Below are positions 1 to 8,093 of a stretch of DNA of 64,000 bases, piece by piece. Source of the DNA: Gemmatimonadales bacterium. GTDB lineage: Bacteria; Gemmatimonadota; Gemmatimonadetes; Gemmatimonadales; GWC2-71-9. The first letter of the stretch is position 1. Each line of letters begins with the position of its first letter. Location of the stretch: the NCBI GenBank assembly GCA_046262715.1, contig JBHEMG010000185.1:2425-66424 (forward strand), written 5' to 3'. The position numbers were made by a program, and so were the translations under genes. A model generated the notes under the pieces. That model was not told the DNA's origin, searched no databases, and saw nothing but the letters and a program-made list of their open reading frames with translations.

Positions 1-1441
1 AGAAGTGATCGTAGAGCGGCTCACCAAATTGATTGGTGAAGAAGAGCAGGCTGTTGGAAACGTCGGCAGCAACGTTCGCCTGCATGTTTTTTTGCTCCGG
101 CATGTACAAGTCGGCTGCCTGCAGCTCGCGGCGGAGCAATCGATGTGCATCTTCTGAGATCAGCACGTCGATGGGTGGCACTCCGATCTGCTTCATGTGA
201 AAGACATCGAACAGGCCGAGGTTGAAGGTGGCAAATTGCGACGGCCGACGCGTGACCCAGCGCGTGGTCAGCACTTTGCCATTGACGGTGGAATCGGTGC
301 GCTCACCGACACTGGCGATAGGGTACCAGTTGGGGCTATGGAAAGTGAGATCGAAGGTGGCGAAATCTTGCCCCTCGCGATTGCCGGGCCACCAATCAGC
401 AGACGGGGGGATGAAGAACCAGTTACCATACCTGTCAATCAGGTTGCCGCGATAGGCGATCGTGAATGCAGCGGAATCGCCGAGGGCCAAGCGGTGAGGC
501 GCGCGCACCCAGAGCTCGTCATCATCCTTCGCTTTGAAATACTCGACGGCCTCACCAGTGCTCCATCGTACCGAATCCACGCGCAGCTTGCTTTCAAGAC
601 CGAAATGCAGCCACGGACCGGTGGAATCGACAGGCACGACGGTCATGCTCGCCGTGGCGACGAAATCGAGATCGGCGGTGCCGGTCGGTGTGAGCGTCAC
701 ATCGAGCCGATAGTGAGGGATCGCGGCGCGGTCGCGGAAGTCCCAGCCGCTGACCGTGCCCATCGGAGCAGCACCTGCGGGAAACCGCGAGGTGATCGCC
801 CAATTAGTGCCCCAATGCGTGCGATCGACGGGACGAGAGAGCTGTACCGCTTCGTTCTGGTCCGGATCGATTACAAATAGCAGTGCCCCGCCATCGACCC
901 GCGTGAGGCGCGCCATGAACAATCCATTACGCTCCCCATCGAGAATCGGGCCGAGCAATTGCGGGCTGAAGGCGCCTGTCTCCTTCCCCTTGAGCGAATT
1001 CACGAAGTCGTTGACATGGTCGCCGACTTCACCGGGCACAGGTCCGGGCGCGAAGTGAAGAGTCGCGAACCGCTCAGCGGTGGAGTCCATGAAAAACAGG
1101 ATTGCTTCGGTAATGGGAACATCGAGCGACGCGCTGCCCTCCACGCGCTCGAGCTCGTCCCGCTCGGAAGAAAGCGTGGGTGCGAATCTGAATTGGCCCT
1201 GGCCACGAAATACGGCGCCGACGCTGCAACCGCCGACCGGCGCGAGCAGATACAGCTTGCCGCGTTCCAGCACGAGCTCCCCGACGTCCCGAGTAATGAC
1301 GACGTGTTCGACGTCCGCCGCCTGGCCAGGTGAGTCTTTCAAGGCCAGCAGGCTCCGATACGCGCTGAGGTAGTCCGCGGCGGCTTGGCAGCGAGGAGCT
1401 GGTGCACCAACCAACAGAACAGCAAGTACGATGGGCATCAT
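1..1441 (-). CDS. Secreted M1-family (aminopeptidase N-like) metallopeptidase, N-terminal part; the 3' end runs off the left edge of the window
   Basis: Absent from the ORF track because the frame has no stop before position 1. My own minus-strand translation from ATGATG at 1441-1436 reads MMPIVLAVLLVGAPAPRCQAAADYLSAYRSLL...HYRLDVTLTPTGTADLDF...WYPIASVGERTD...FATFNLGLFDV...LLFFTNQFGEPLYDHF without a stop. The N-terminus looks like a signal peptide and the layout resembles the M1 N-domain. The HEXXH motif would lie outside the window. Confidence 0.5.
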   Translation of the reverse strand, partial: MMPIVLAVLLVGAPAPRCQAAADYLSAYRSLLALKDSPGQAADVEHVVITRDVGELVLERGKLYLLAPVGGCSVGAVFRGQGQFRFAPTLSSERDELERVEGSASLDVPITEAILFFMDSTAERFATLHFAPGPVPGEVGDHVNDFVNSLKGKETGAFSPQLLGPILDGERNGLFMARLTRVDGGALLFVIDPDQNEAVQLSRPVDRTHWGTNWAITSRFPAGAAPMGTVSGWDFRDRAAIPHYRLDVTLTPTGTADLDFVATASMTVVPVDSTGPWLHFGLESKLRVDSVRWSTGEAVEYFKAKDDDELWVRAPHRLALGDSAAFTIAYRGNLIDRYGNWFFIPPSADWWPGNREGQDFATFDLTFHSPNWYPIASVGERTDSTVNGKVLTTRWVTRRPSQFATFNLGLFDVFHMKQIGVPPIDVLISEDAHRLLRRELQAADLYMPEQKNMQANVAADVSNSLLFFTNQFGEPLYDHF

Positions 1442-1490
1442 CGGGAAGGCCTCCCGGCAAAGCGGACTATATTCCAGAAACGAGGAATCT

Positions 1491-1970
1491 ATGGACGAGG
1501 CCGCCAAGAAAACGATTCTCCGCCATTTCCCCTACGGTCTGTACGTCGTGACCGTCTCGCACGACGGTGAAGATCACGGCATGACGGCCAACTGGCTCAC
1601 CCAGGCGGCCTTCGACCCGCCAATGATCGTGGTAGCGATCGAAAATACCTCGAGGACCATCGGGATGATTCGCAACGCGCATCACTTCGCCATCAACCTG
1701 CTGCTCGCCGGGCAGCGCGACTTGGCGGGCAAACTGGGCCGCACATCCGAACAGGCCCCGCAAAAGCTGAAGGGAATCAAGATCAAACGCGGGCCGGTAT
1801 CGGGCGCCCCGGTGTTGGGTGAGGGGCTGGGGTGGATCGAATGCCGAGTGGTGGCGACGCTGCCCGCCGGCGACCACACCCTCGTCCTCGGCGAAGTGGT
1901 CGCCGCAGGCGTCGAAAACGAAGGTGAAGTGCTGACGATGCGTGAGGCCGGCTTCAAGTACTCAGGGTGA
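1491..1970 (+). CDS. Flavin reductase-like FMN-binding domain protein
   Basis: ORF 1431..1970. The conserved part starts at ATG 1491 (MDEAAKKTILRHFPYGLYVVTVSHDGEDHGMTANWLTQAAFDPPMIVVAI), typical of the flavin reductase split-barrel family. Confidence 0.8.
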   Translation: MDEAAKKTILRHFPYGLYVVTVSHDGEDHGMTANWLTQAAFDPPMIVVAIENTSRTIGMIRNAHHFAINLLLAGQRDLAGKLGRTSEQAPQKLKGIKIKRGPVSGAPVLGEGLGWIECRVVATLPAGDHTLVLGEVVAAGVENEGEVLTMREAGFKYSG

Positions 1971-3614
1971 CGCCTTTCGGTACACCACCCGTCCGCCGAC
2001 AATCGTGAATCGCGGCTTTACGGCGGCAAGCGATTCGGGCGGGACGGCGAAGGGATCGCGATCGAGCACCACAACGTCCCCGAAACGCCCCACTGCCAGC
2101 GTGCCCCACTTCTGCTCGTTGAACGTCGCCCAGGCGTTGCCGTACGTGTACGCGCGCAACGCTTCCCCCAGCGTGATCTTCTGCTCAGGCACCCAGCCAT
2201 TCGGATTCTTGTCATCCAACGTCCGGCGGGTCACGGCCGCGTACACGCCCAACATCGGGTCGAGCGGCGCTACGGTCCAGTCTGAGCCGAAAGCGAGCGG
2301 CGCATCGGTGTCGAGGAGTGTGCGGAAGGCATAGGTGGTTTTGATGCGCACTGGACCAATGCGCTGCTCCACCCAGCGGCCGTCATCGATCGCGTGATAG
2401 GGCTGCATCGATGCCACGACGCGCATCGCGCCGAAACGCGGGATGTCGTCGGGGCGCAGGTGCTGCGCGTGCTCGTCGCGGAAGCGCCGATCGCGTGCGC
2501 CGTGCGCCCGGGCCACACTGTCGTAGATCGCGAGCAGGATGGCATTGGCCCGGTCACCAATGGCGTGCACGGCGATCTGCAGGCCGGCGGAATCGGCCGC
2601 GCCGATCCACGCCCGCATGTCGGGCTCGGGGTGCTGCATCAGCCCGCGATAGTTTGCCGAATCGGAAAACGGCTCGAAGAAGAGAGCCGTGCGCGATCCT
2701 GCCGAGCCGTCCATATAGCCTTTCACGCCACCAATCCGCACCCAATCGTCGCCGGCGTTACGGGCGGCGCTCTCCGCTACGGCTTTCCAATTGTCCAATG
2801 GCAGGTAGACGGAAACGCGGACGGTCTGCCGGTTCGCGCGCTCCAGGCGACGATAACTCGCCAGATCGGCAAAGGACGCCGACATGTGTGCGGTGGCCGT
2901 CACGCCCAGCGAAACCGCGTGCGCCAGCGCGCGCACGAGCGCGGAATCGCGCTGCGCGGGCGACGGTTCGGGTACCGCACGCCAAATCAGGTCCATCGCC
3001 TGGTCTTTGAATATCCCGATCGGCTCACCCCTCGCGTCGCGTGTGATCTCACCGCCCGCGGGCGTGGGTGTGCCGCGCGTCACGCCTGCCGCGCGCAGCG
3101 CCGCACTGTTGGCCAGCGCTTCGTGGCCATCGAGCCGATTTACGAACACCGGATTGTTCGGCGTGACGGAGTCGATCCAGCTGTGTTGCGGCAGCGGCGC
3201 CCCACGCCACAGCGTGTGATCCCAATCTCCACCCGTAATCCACTCGCCCGGCTTCATGTGGGCGGCGTACTCCTTGAGACGCCGCACGAACTCCTGCGGC
3301 GTTGCGGCGTTGCGCAGGTCCACGGAGGCCAGCTGGAATCCGCCATCGATGAAATGCGTGTGCCCGTCCGCGAATCCGGGCATGACGAGACCGCCGTCCG
3401 CGCGCAAAATCTCCGTTTTGGGACCGATGTAGTGCGCGATGTCGGCGGAATCGCCAACGGCCAGAATTTTGCCGCCGGCGACCGCGACCACGCCCGGCTG
3501 CGCGCGGCCGGTGGACAGACCGGTCCAGACCGCGCCACCGACGATGACGATGTCGGCTTTGGCCCCACATGCAGCGACCAGCGCCAACGCGGCTACGTAC
3601 GACGCACGACGCAC
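1962..3614 (-). CDS. Amidohydrolase (Amidohydro_3 / YtcJ-like metal-dependent hydrolase), probable lipoprotein
   Basis: ORF 1962..3680. Motifs PGFADGHTHF, AVHAIGDRAN, DEHAQH and FGSDW are present. AGGAGG plus 6 nt plus GTG at 3614 yields VRRASYVAALALVAAC, a lipobox-like signal. Confidence 0.85.
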   Translation of the reverse strand: MRRASYVAALALVAACGAKADIVIVGGAVWTGLSTGRAQPGVVAVAGGKILAVGDSADIAHYIGPKTEILRADGGLVMPGFADGHTHFIDGGFQLASVDLRNAATPQEFVRRLKEYAAHMKPGEWITGGDWDHTLWRGAPLPQHSWIDSVTPNNPVFVNRLDGHEALANSAALRAAGVTRGTPTPAGGEITRDARGEPIGIFKDQAMDLIWRAVPEPSPAQRDSALVRALAHAVSLGVTATAHMSASFADLASYRRLERANRQTVRVSVYLPLDNWKAVAESAARNAGDDWVRIGGVKGYMDGSAGSRTALFFEPFSDSANYRGLMQHPEPDMRAWIGAADSAGLQIAVHAIGDRANAILLAIYDSVARAHGARDRRFRDEHAQHLRPDDIPRFGAMRVVASMQPYHAIDDGRWVEQRIGPVRIKTTYAFRTLLDTDAPLAFGSDWTVAPLDPMLGVYAAVTRRTLDDKNPNGWVPEQKITLGEALRAYTYGNAWATFNEQKWGTLAVGRFGDVVVLDRDPFAVPPESLAAVKPRFTIVGGRVVYRKASP

Positions 3615-3624
3615 GAGTTGCCTC

Positions 3625-3888
3625 CTAACGGAGCTTAGTGATGCGACGAATCGTATCGAGCGCGGCCATGGGACTGGCACTGCTCGGCTCGGGCTTGGGA
3701 GCAGCCGGTCGAGCGATGCCGTCGCGGATATCGAGCAGCACTTCGAGCAGCAGCTGCTCGCGCTGGTAGGCGGCGTCGAGATCGGCCATGCGACGTTCGT
3801 CTTTGGTCGTCTTCGCGCGCTCGTAGGCTTCGCGATAGACCGAATCGAGATTATCGAGGATCCGCTGGCGTGGCCTCACAGCCGCCAA
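3625..3888 (-). CDS. Hypothetical small protein (87 aa)
   Basis: ORF track entry with GC-rich third codon positions. Its TAG stop (3627-3625) is embedded in the TAGGAGG Shine-Dalgarno of the downstream amidohydrolase. I recognise no family. Confidence 0.4.
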   Translation of the reverse strand: MAAVRPRQRILDNLDSVYREAYERAKTTKDERRMADLDAAYQREQLLLEVLLDIRDGIARPAAPKPEPSSASPMAALDTIRRITKLR

Positions 3889-3905
3889 AGATATAGGTTC
3901 CCGGC

Positions 3906-4436
3906 ATGACGCTCAAAGGCAAGCGCATCCTGTTTTTTGCCGCAGCGCTGTATGAGGACCTCGAGCTGTGGTATCCGAAGATCAGGCTCGAAGAAGAGGG
4001 TGCCACGACGATCATCGCGGGAATGGGCGAAAAGAGCTATCCGGGCAAGCGCGGATACCCCGTGACCGTCGATGTGAATGTCGATCAGGTAGAGGCCGGG
4101 GAGTTCGATGGCCTGGTGATTCCCGGGGGATTTGCCCCCGACCAGCTGCGGCGCTCCGAGAAGGTGCTACGGTTGACGCGAGAGATCTATCAGGCCGGCA
4201 AACCCGTCGCCTTCATATGTCACGCCGGGTGGGTACCGATCTCCGCCAAAATCGTCAAGGGCAAGCGCGCCACCAGCGTTCGCGCGATCAAGGACGACAT
4301 GGAGAACGCGGGCGTCGTGTGGGAAGACAGCGCGGTAGTGGTGGACGGGAATCTGATTTCTTCGCGCACCCCCGCCGACTTGCCGCAGTTCTGCAAGGCG
4401 CTGATCGCCGCGCTACGTCAGGGGCCGCAAGATTAG
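3906..4436 (+). CDS. DJ-1/PfpI family protein (intracellular protease/amidase type)
   Basis: GLVIPGGFAP...KPVAFICHAGW nucleophile-elbow Cys-His, with typical length of 176 aa. Confidence 0.9.
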   Translation: MTLKGKRILFFAAALYEDLELWYPKIRLEEEGATTIIAGMGEKSYPGKRGYPVTVDVNVDQVEAGEFDGLVIPGGFAPDQLRRSEKVLRLTREIYQAGKPVAFICHAGWVPISAKIVKGKRATSVRAIKDDMENAGVVWEDSAVVVDGNLISSRTPADLPQFCKALIAALRQGPQD

Positions 4437-5657
4437 ACCGCTCGGCACTTTCGGCACGAAGTACGTGGACTTCGGCGGCATCACATCACCCGCGTCGGCG
4501 ACAGCAAAGACCTGCTCCACCCGCGTCGGATTGAGCAGGACCGCAGCCGCCGCGCCGCCATGCTGCACCATCCCCAGCGCTTCGGTCGCATCGGCGACAT
4601 ACCGCACGATCGGCGTAGAGGTCGCGGCGCCAAGGATTTCCTTCACCACGAGCGACTCGATCCGCGCGATGTCCAGATCACGGACGGCGGCGCTTTGGGC
4701 GAGGCTGGGCAGACGGTCGGCCAGGACGCCCGGCCGCAGCAGGAGCGCGATAACGCGGGTGCGATCGGCGACGAGGCACGCGGTGCGATCCTTCCCGATG
4801 GATGCCAAGAAGGTCGCGGGATCGCGGCCAGCCGGCAGCGCCTGCATGTCGAACAGGTCGCGCCAGCGGGGGAGCATGCGGTCCAGCTCGCGGCCCGCGC
4901 CGAATATGACGCGGTGCGTCGGTAACACGACCAGACCAGGATCGCGCGCGGACACGATCAGCGCGAGCACCCGTTCGGCGGCGGGATTTTCCCGCGCGTA
5001 CGCGCTGGCCGTTTCGTAGCGGTGATGGCCGTCGGCGATATAGAGCGGGGACTGAGAAAGGGGGAAAGTGGATGGGTTGCGAACGATCCACAGGCGAATG
5101 CCGACCCCACCCAACTCGGCAATAGCATCGGGCGTGCCCTGCGAGGACGCCGCGACCGCTTGTGCCAGCGCGTGATCCGAATCGGGGGCGATGAGGAAGA
5201 TCGATTCGAGATTCGTCGCGGTCGCGCGCATCAGGGCGAGGCGATCGGCCTTGGGCCCCGCGTGCGTGCGCTCGTGCGGACGTATGCGGCGCGGCTCGTA
5301 CCCCTCGGCGGCGACAGCCGCAAACACACCGCGCCGCGTGCACCGCTCGCCCGACGGGAGCGTGAAATCCTGCGCCAATACGTAGAGCACCGGGGTCGGC
5401 TCTCGTGTCAACACGCCGCCGCGCCGCCATCGAGAGAGAATCTCGGCAGCCGCCCGGTAGCGATCCTCGTCCGGACGCCCTGGCGCGGCTTCCGGCAGCA
5501 TCACGTGCACGATATTGTGTGCATCGAGCGCGCCCAGGCGCGCGCGCTCCCCCTGATCGATGACGTCATAGGGCGGCGCGATCACACGGCTCAACTGCTC
5601 ACCCGCAGCATACCGCTCACCCTGAAATGGGGCCATGGGGGCCACGAGGTTAGTCAT
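4413..5657 (-). CDS. DUF1015 family protein
   Basis: N-terminal PFQGERY...VIAPPYDVI and internal YIADGHHRYETA are hallmarks of DUF1015. Length is 414 aa. Confidence 0.8.
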   Translation of the reverse strand: MTNLVAPMAPFQGERYAAGEQLSRVIAPPYDVIDQGERARLGALDAHNIVHVMLPEAAPGRPDEDRYRAAAEILSRWRRGGVLTREPTPVLYVLAQDFTLPSGERCTRRGVFAAVAAEGYEPRRIRPHERTHAGPKADRLALMRATATNLESIFLIAPDSDHALAQAVAASSQGTPDAIAELGGVGIRLWIVRNPSTFPLSQSPLYIADGHHRYETASAYARENPAAERVLALIVSARDPGLVVLPTHRVIFGAGRELDRMLPRWRDLFDMQALPAGRDPATFLASIGKDRTACLVADRTRVIALLLRPGVLADRLPSLAQSAAVRDLDIARIESLVVKEILGAATSTPIVRYVADATEALGMVQHGGAAAAVLLNPTRVEQVFAVADAGDVMPPKSTYFVPKVPSGLILRPLT

Positions 5658-5976
5658 GGGCTTTCGCGAGGCGCAACACGCCGTGGACCAATGGGTGGGA
5701 CAATTCGGCGTCGGATACTTCTCGCCGCTGGCCTACGTCGTGCGACTCGCCGAGGAGGTGGGCGAGCTGGCTCGCGAGGTGAATCATCAGTTCGGCCCGA
5801 AGCCGAAGAAGCCCGAGGAAGCGCCGGGCTCGATTCCCATGGAGCTAGCCGATATTCTCTTCGTCGTGGTGTGCATCGCGAACTCCCAGAAAATTGATCT
5901 CGACGATGCGTTCGCAACGATGATGGCCAAGGTCACCTCCCGCGACGCCGCCCGCTGGTCCAGGAAGGCTCGCTGA
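5656..5976 (+). CDS. MazG-like nucleotide pyrophosphohydrolase (small single-domain type)
   Basis: LAEEVGELAREV...ELADILFVVVCIAN EExxE/D helix pair. An alternative ATG lies at 5635. Confidence 0.75.
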   Translation: MGFREAQHAVDQWVGQFGVGYFSPLAYVVRLAEEVGELAREVNHQFGPKPKKPEEAPGSIPMELADILFVVVCIANSQKIDLDDAFATMMAKVTSRDAARWSRKAR

Positions 5977-6880
5977 CCTCCTCGTAGATCCGCGCATACG
6001 ACACCAGCCGGTCGGGGTCGATTGTCTCAGGCGGAGCGCCCCGCACCGCACATCCCGGTTCAGCCAGATGCCGGCAGTTGTCGAAGCGGCACTGATCGAG
6101 GAATGGGCGAAATTCCGGAAAACAAGCGCCGAGCTCATTGGGATCGATTCCCCATGCCCCCACTTCCCGCAGCCCGGGCGTGTCGACGACATACCCGACG
6201 CCCGCGACCGGCACGAGCTCCGCGGCGGTGGTCGTGTGCTTACCGGTGCGCCATTTCTCACTGATCACGCCGACGCGCAGTTTGAGACCGGGCTCCAGCG
6301 CATTCAACAGACTCGACTTGCCGGCGCCAGACGCTCCCGTGAATACCGAATGGCGGCCGCGCAATAAGTCGCGCAGCGCCGGGAGTCCTTCGCCCTCGTT
6401 GACCGATGTCGCGAGCAGCTGATAGCCGGCGGTCTGGAAGCGTCTCGTGAGCTCCTGCTCAATTCCGCGATCGAGCTCGACCTTGTTCAGCACGACTGCC
6501 GCGGGCAACCCGTTCGCTTCGGCGATCACGAGGAAACGATCGATCATACGCGCGCTTGGCTCCGGGTCGCGAGCGGAGGTCACGACCACGACTTGATCGA
6601 CGTTCGCCGCGACCGGCTGCGCGCGGCGTGGACCCGCGCCGCTGCTCCCCTGAGACGCCCGGCGCGCGAGCACCGAACGGCGCGGCCGGATCTCGGCGAT
6701 GGTCGTTCCCTCGAGTACCACGACATCGCCCGGCACGACGCGGTCGGAGTCCCGGTGCTTGAGCTTGCCGCGCAGGGTGGCCGTGACTTCACCGTCATCG
6801 GTATGCACGCGGTAGCCGCCGCCCGTGCGGGCCAGTACCACGCCGCTGGTCGCCGTCACGACCGCTCTCGCGCGACGCAC
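5933..6880 (-). CDS. rsgA: Ribosome small-subunit-dependent GTPase A
   Basis: Circularly permuted GTPase: VLNKVEL (G4) precedes GASGAGKSSLLNAL (G1). C-terminal zinc knuckle CRFDNCRHLAEPGC. Confidence 0.9.
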   Translation of the reverse strand: MRRARAVVTATSGVVLARTGGGYRVHTDDGEVTATLRGKLKHRDSDRVVPGDVVVLEGTTIAEIRPRRSVLARRASQGSSGAGPRRAQPVAANVDQVVVVTSARDPEPSARMIDRFLVIAEANGLPAAVVLNKVELDRGIEQELTRRFQTAGYQLLATSVNEGEGLPALRDLLRGRHSVFTGASGAGKSSLLNALEPGLKLRVGVISEKWRTGKHTTTAAELVPVAGVGYVVDTPGLREVGAWGIDPNELGACFPEFRPFLDQCRFDNCRHLAEPGCAVRGAPPETIDPDRLVSYARIYEEVSEPSWTSGRRRGR

Positions 6881-7158
6881 CGATCGAGATGCGCTTTCAC
6901 TTCTTCCAGGCTCAGTGCCAACACGGGCGCGAGCGCCTCATCGGGGGTGTTTCCGAACGCGAGGTACTCGGTCTCGAGGTGCCCCACGGGGCGCTCTCCC
7001 TCGCCCCAACGCACGAACAACAACGCGGCCCCATAGCGCCCGGCATCGGCCGCGTCGTCGGCGAATGTCGCCACGGAATACGCCTGGCCATCGGCAGCCC
7101 CAAACGCTGGAGGTCGTCCATGCACCTGTTGATACCCGCCCAACGTTGTGTCGTCCAT
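6856..7158 (-). CDS. Hypothetical protein (100 aa), translationally coupled between proline dehydrogenase and rsgA
   Basis: This is the internal part of ORF 6856..7470. ATG at 7158 shares TAATG with the proline dehydrogenase stop. The sequence MDDTTLGGYQQVHGRPPAFG... matches no family I recognise. Confidence 0.45.
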   Translation of the reverse strand: MDDTTLGGYQQVHGRPPAFGAADGQAYSVATFADDAADAGRYGAALLFVRWGEGERPVGHLETEYLAFGNTPDEALAPVLALSLEEVKAHLDRCVARERS

Positions 7159-8093
7159 TAGCGGCGCAGATGCACCGACTCTTTGAGAATGTTCGTGGTG
7201 ATGAAGGCGATGTTCGCGGGGCGCTCGGCAAGACGTCGCATGAGATACGGATACCAGTGCGTCCCGAACGGGACGTACACGCGCATGTTGAAGCCGTCCC
7301 GCCGCAAGCGGTATTGCAGATCGCGCCGCACGCCGTAGAGCATCTGAAATTCGAAGCGGGCAGCCGCAATGGCTTTCTGTTTCGCGAAGGCGATGGCGTG
7401 CTCGATGATTTTCACGTCGTGCGTCGCGATGCCCGGGTAATTGCCCCGCTCCATCAGGCGCTCCATGCACGTGACGTAGTTCGCATCGACATCGCGCTTA
7501 TTGGGAAACGCCACATCCTCGGGCTCTTTATACGCGCCCTTGCACAGTCGCACGCGCGCACCCAGCGCGATCATCGCGTCCACGTCGGTCTCGGTGCGGC
7601 GCAGGTAGGATTGCAGGACCACGCCCGCCGCATTCCCGAACTCTGGATACAACACGTCGCTGAAGAGCTGCAGCGTGCGCGCCGTATAGCTGGACTGCTC
7701 CATGTCGTTGCGCACGAACGACTGATACTGCTTCGCTTTGCCGATGATGGACCGCATATTGGCGAGACAGAGGGTCTCGTCGAGGTCGAGTCCCATTTGT
7801 GTGAGCTTGACCGAGACGTTCGCGTTGGCGTTGGCCGCATGAATCCGGTCGAGCAGATCGAGATAGGTGCGGCAGGCACGCTGCGCTTCTTCCTTATGCT
7901 GGACCGATTCGCCGAGCAAATCGAGCGAGGCCGATAGCTTGCTCCCGTTCAGCTCGCGCAGCGTCGGCATCGCTTCATCGATCGTCTCCCCGGCGACGAA
8001 ACGCGAGGCGAGCTTGCGCGCCAGACGATTCTTCCGAACAAATCCGAAGATGCGCGGCTGCTCGCTCAGCCAGAGAAACACGGCGCGCAGCAT
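7158..8093 (-). CDS. Proline dehydrogenase (monofunctional)
   Basis: ORF 7158..8144. Blocks RFVAGETIDEA...SLDLLGE...VSVKLTQMGL...VRLCKGAY are typical of PRODH. ATG at 8093 overlaps the upstream stop (TGATG). Confidence 0.85.
   Translation of the reverse strand: MLRAVFLWLSEQPRIFGFVRKNRLARKLASRFVAGETIDEAMPTLRELNGSKLSASLDLLGESVQHKEEAQRACRTYLDLLDRIHAANANANVSVKLTQMGLDLDETLCLANMRSIIGKAKQYQSFVRNDMEQSSYTARTLQLFSDVLYPEFGNAAGVVLQSYLRRTETDVDAMIALGARVRLCKGAYKEPEDVAFPNKRDVDANYVTCMERLMERGNYPGIATHDVKIIEHAIAFAKQKAIAAARFEFQMLYGVRRDLQYRLRRDGFNMRVYVPFGTHWYPYLMRRLAERPANIAFITTNILKESVHLRR

Noticed and set aside
197-880. A 227-aa plus-strand ORF at the left end of the window.
   Set aside because: It is antisense to the uninterrupted minus-strand peptidase-like frame (1..1441), which has a signal peptide and family-like blocks. 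The plus-strand product has no recognisable features.
2394-3638. Long antisense ORFs opposite well-supported genes. Examples: 2394..3638 (+), 11747..13078 (-), 13143..14363 (+), 16995..18191 (+), 18239..19636 (+), 29214..30392 (-), 41030..42403 (+), 42693..43931 (+), 54253..55398 (-).
   Set aside because: Their translations are Arg/Ala/Pro/Gly-rich low-complexity strings without recognisable motifs, and each lies exactly opposite a gene with clear family signatures. In high-GC DNA the scarcity of stop codons produces such shadow ORFs routinely.
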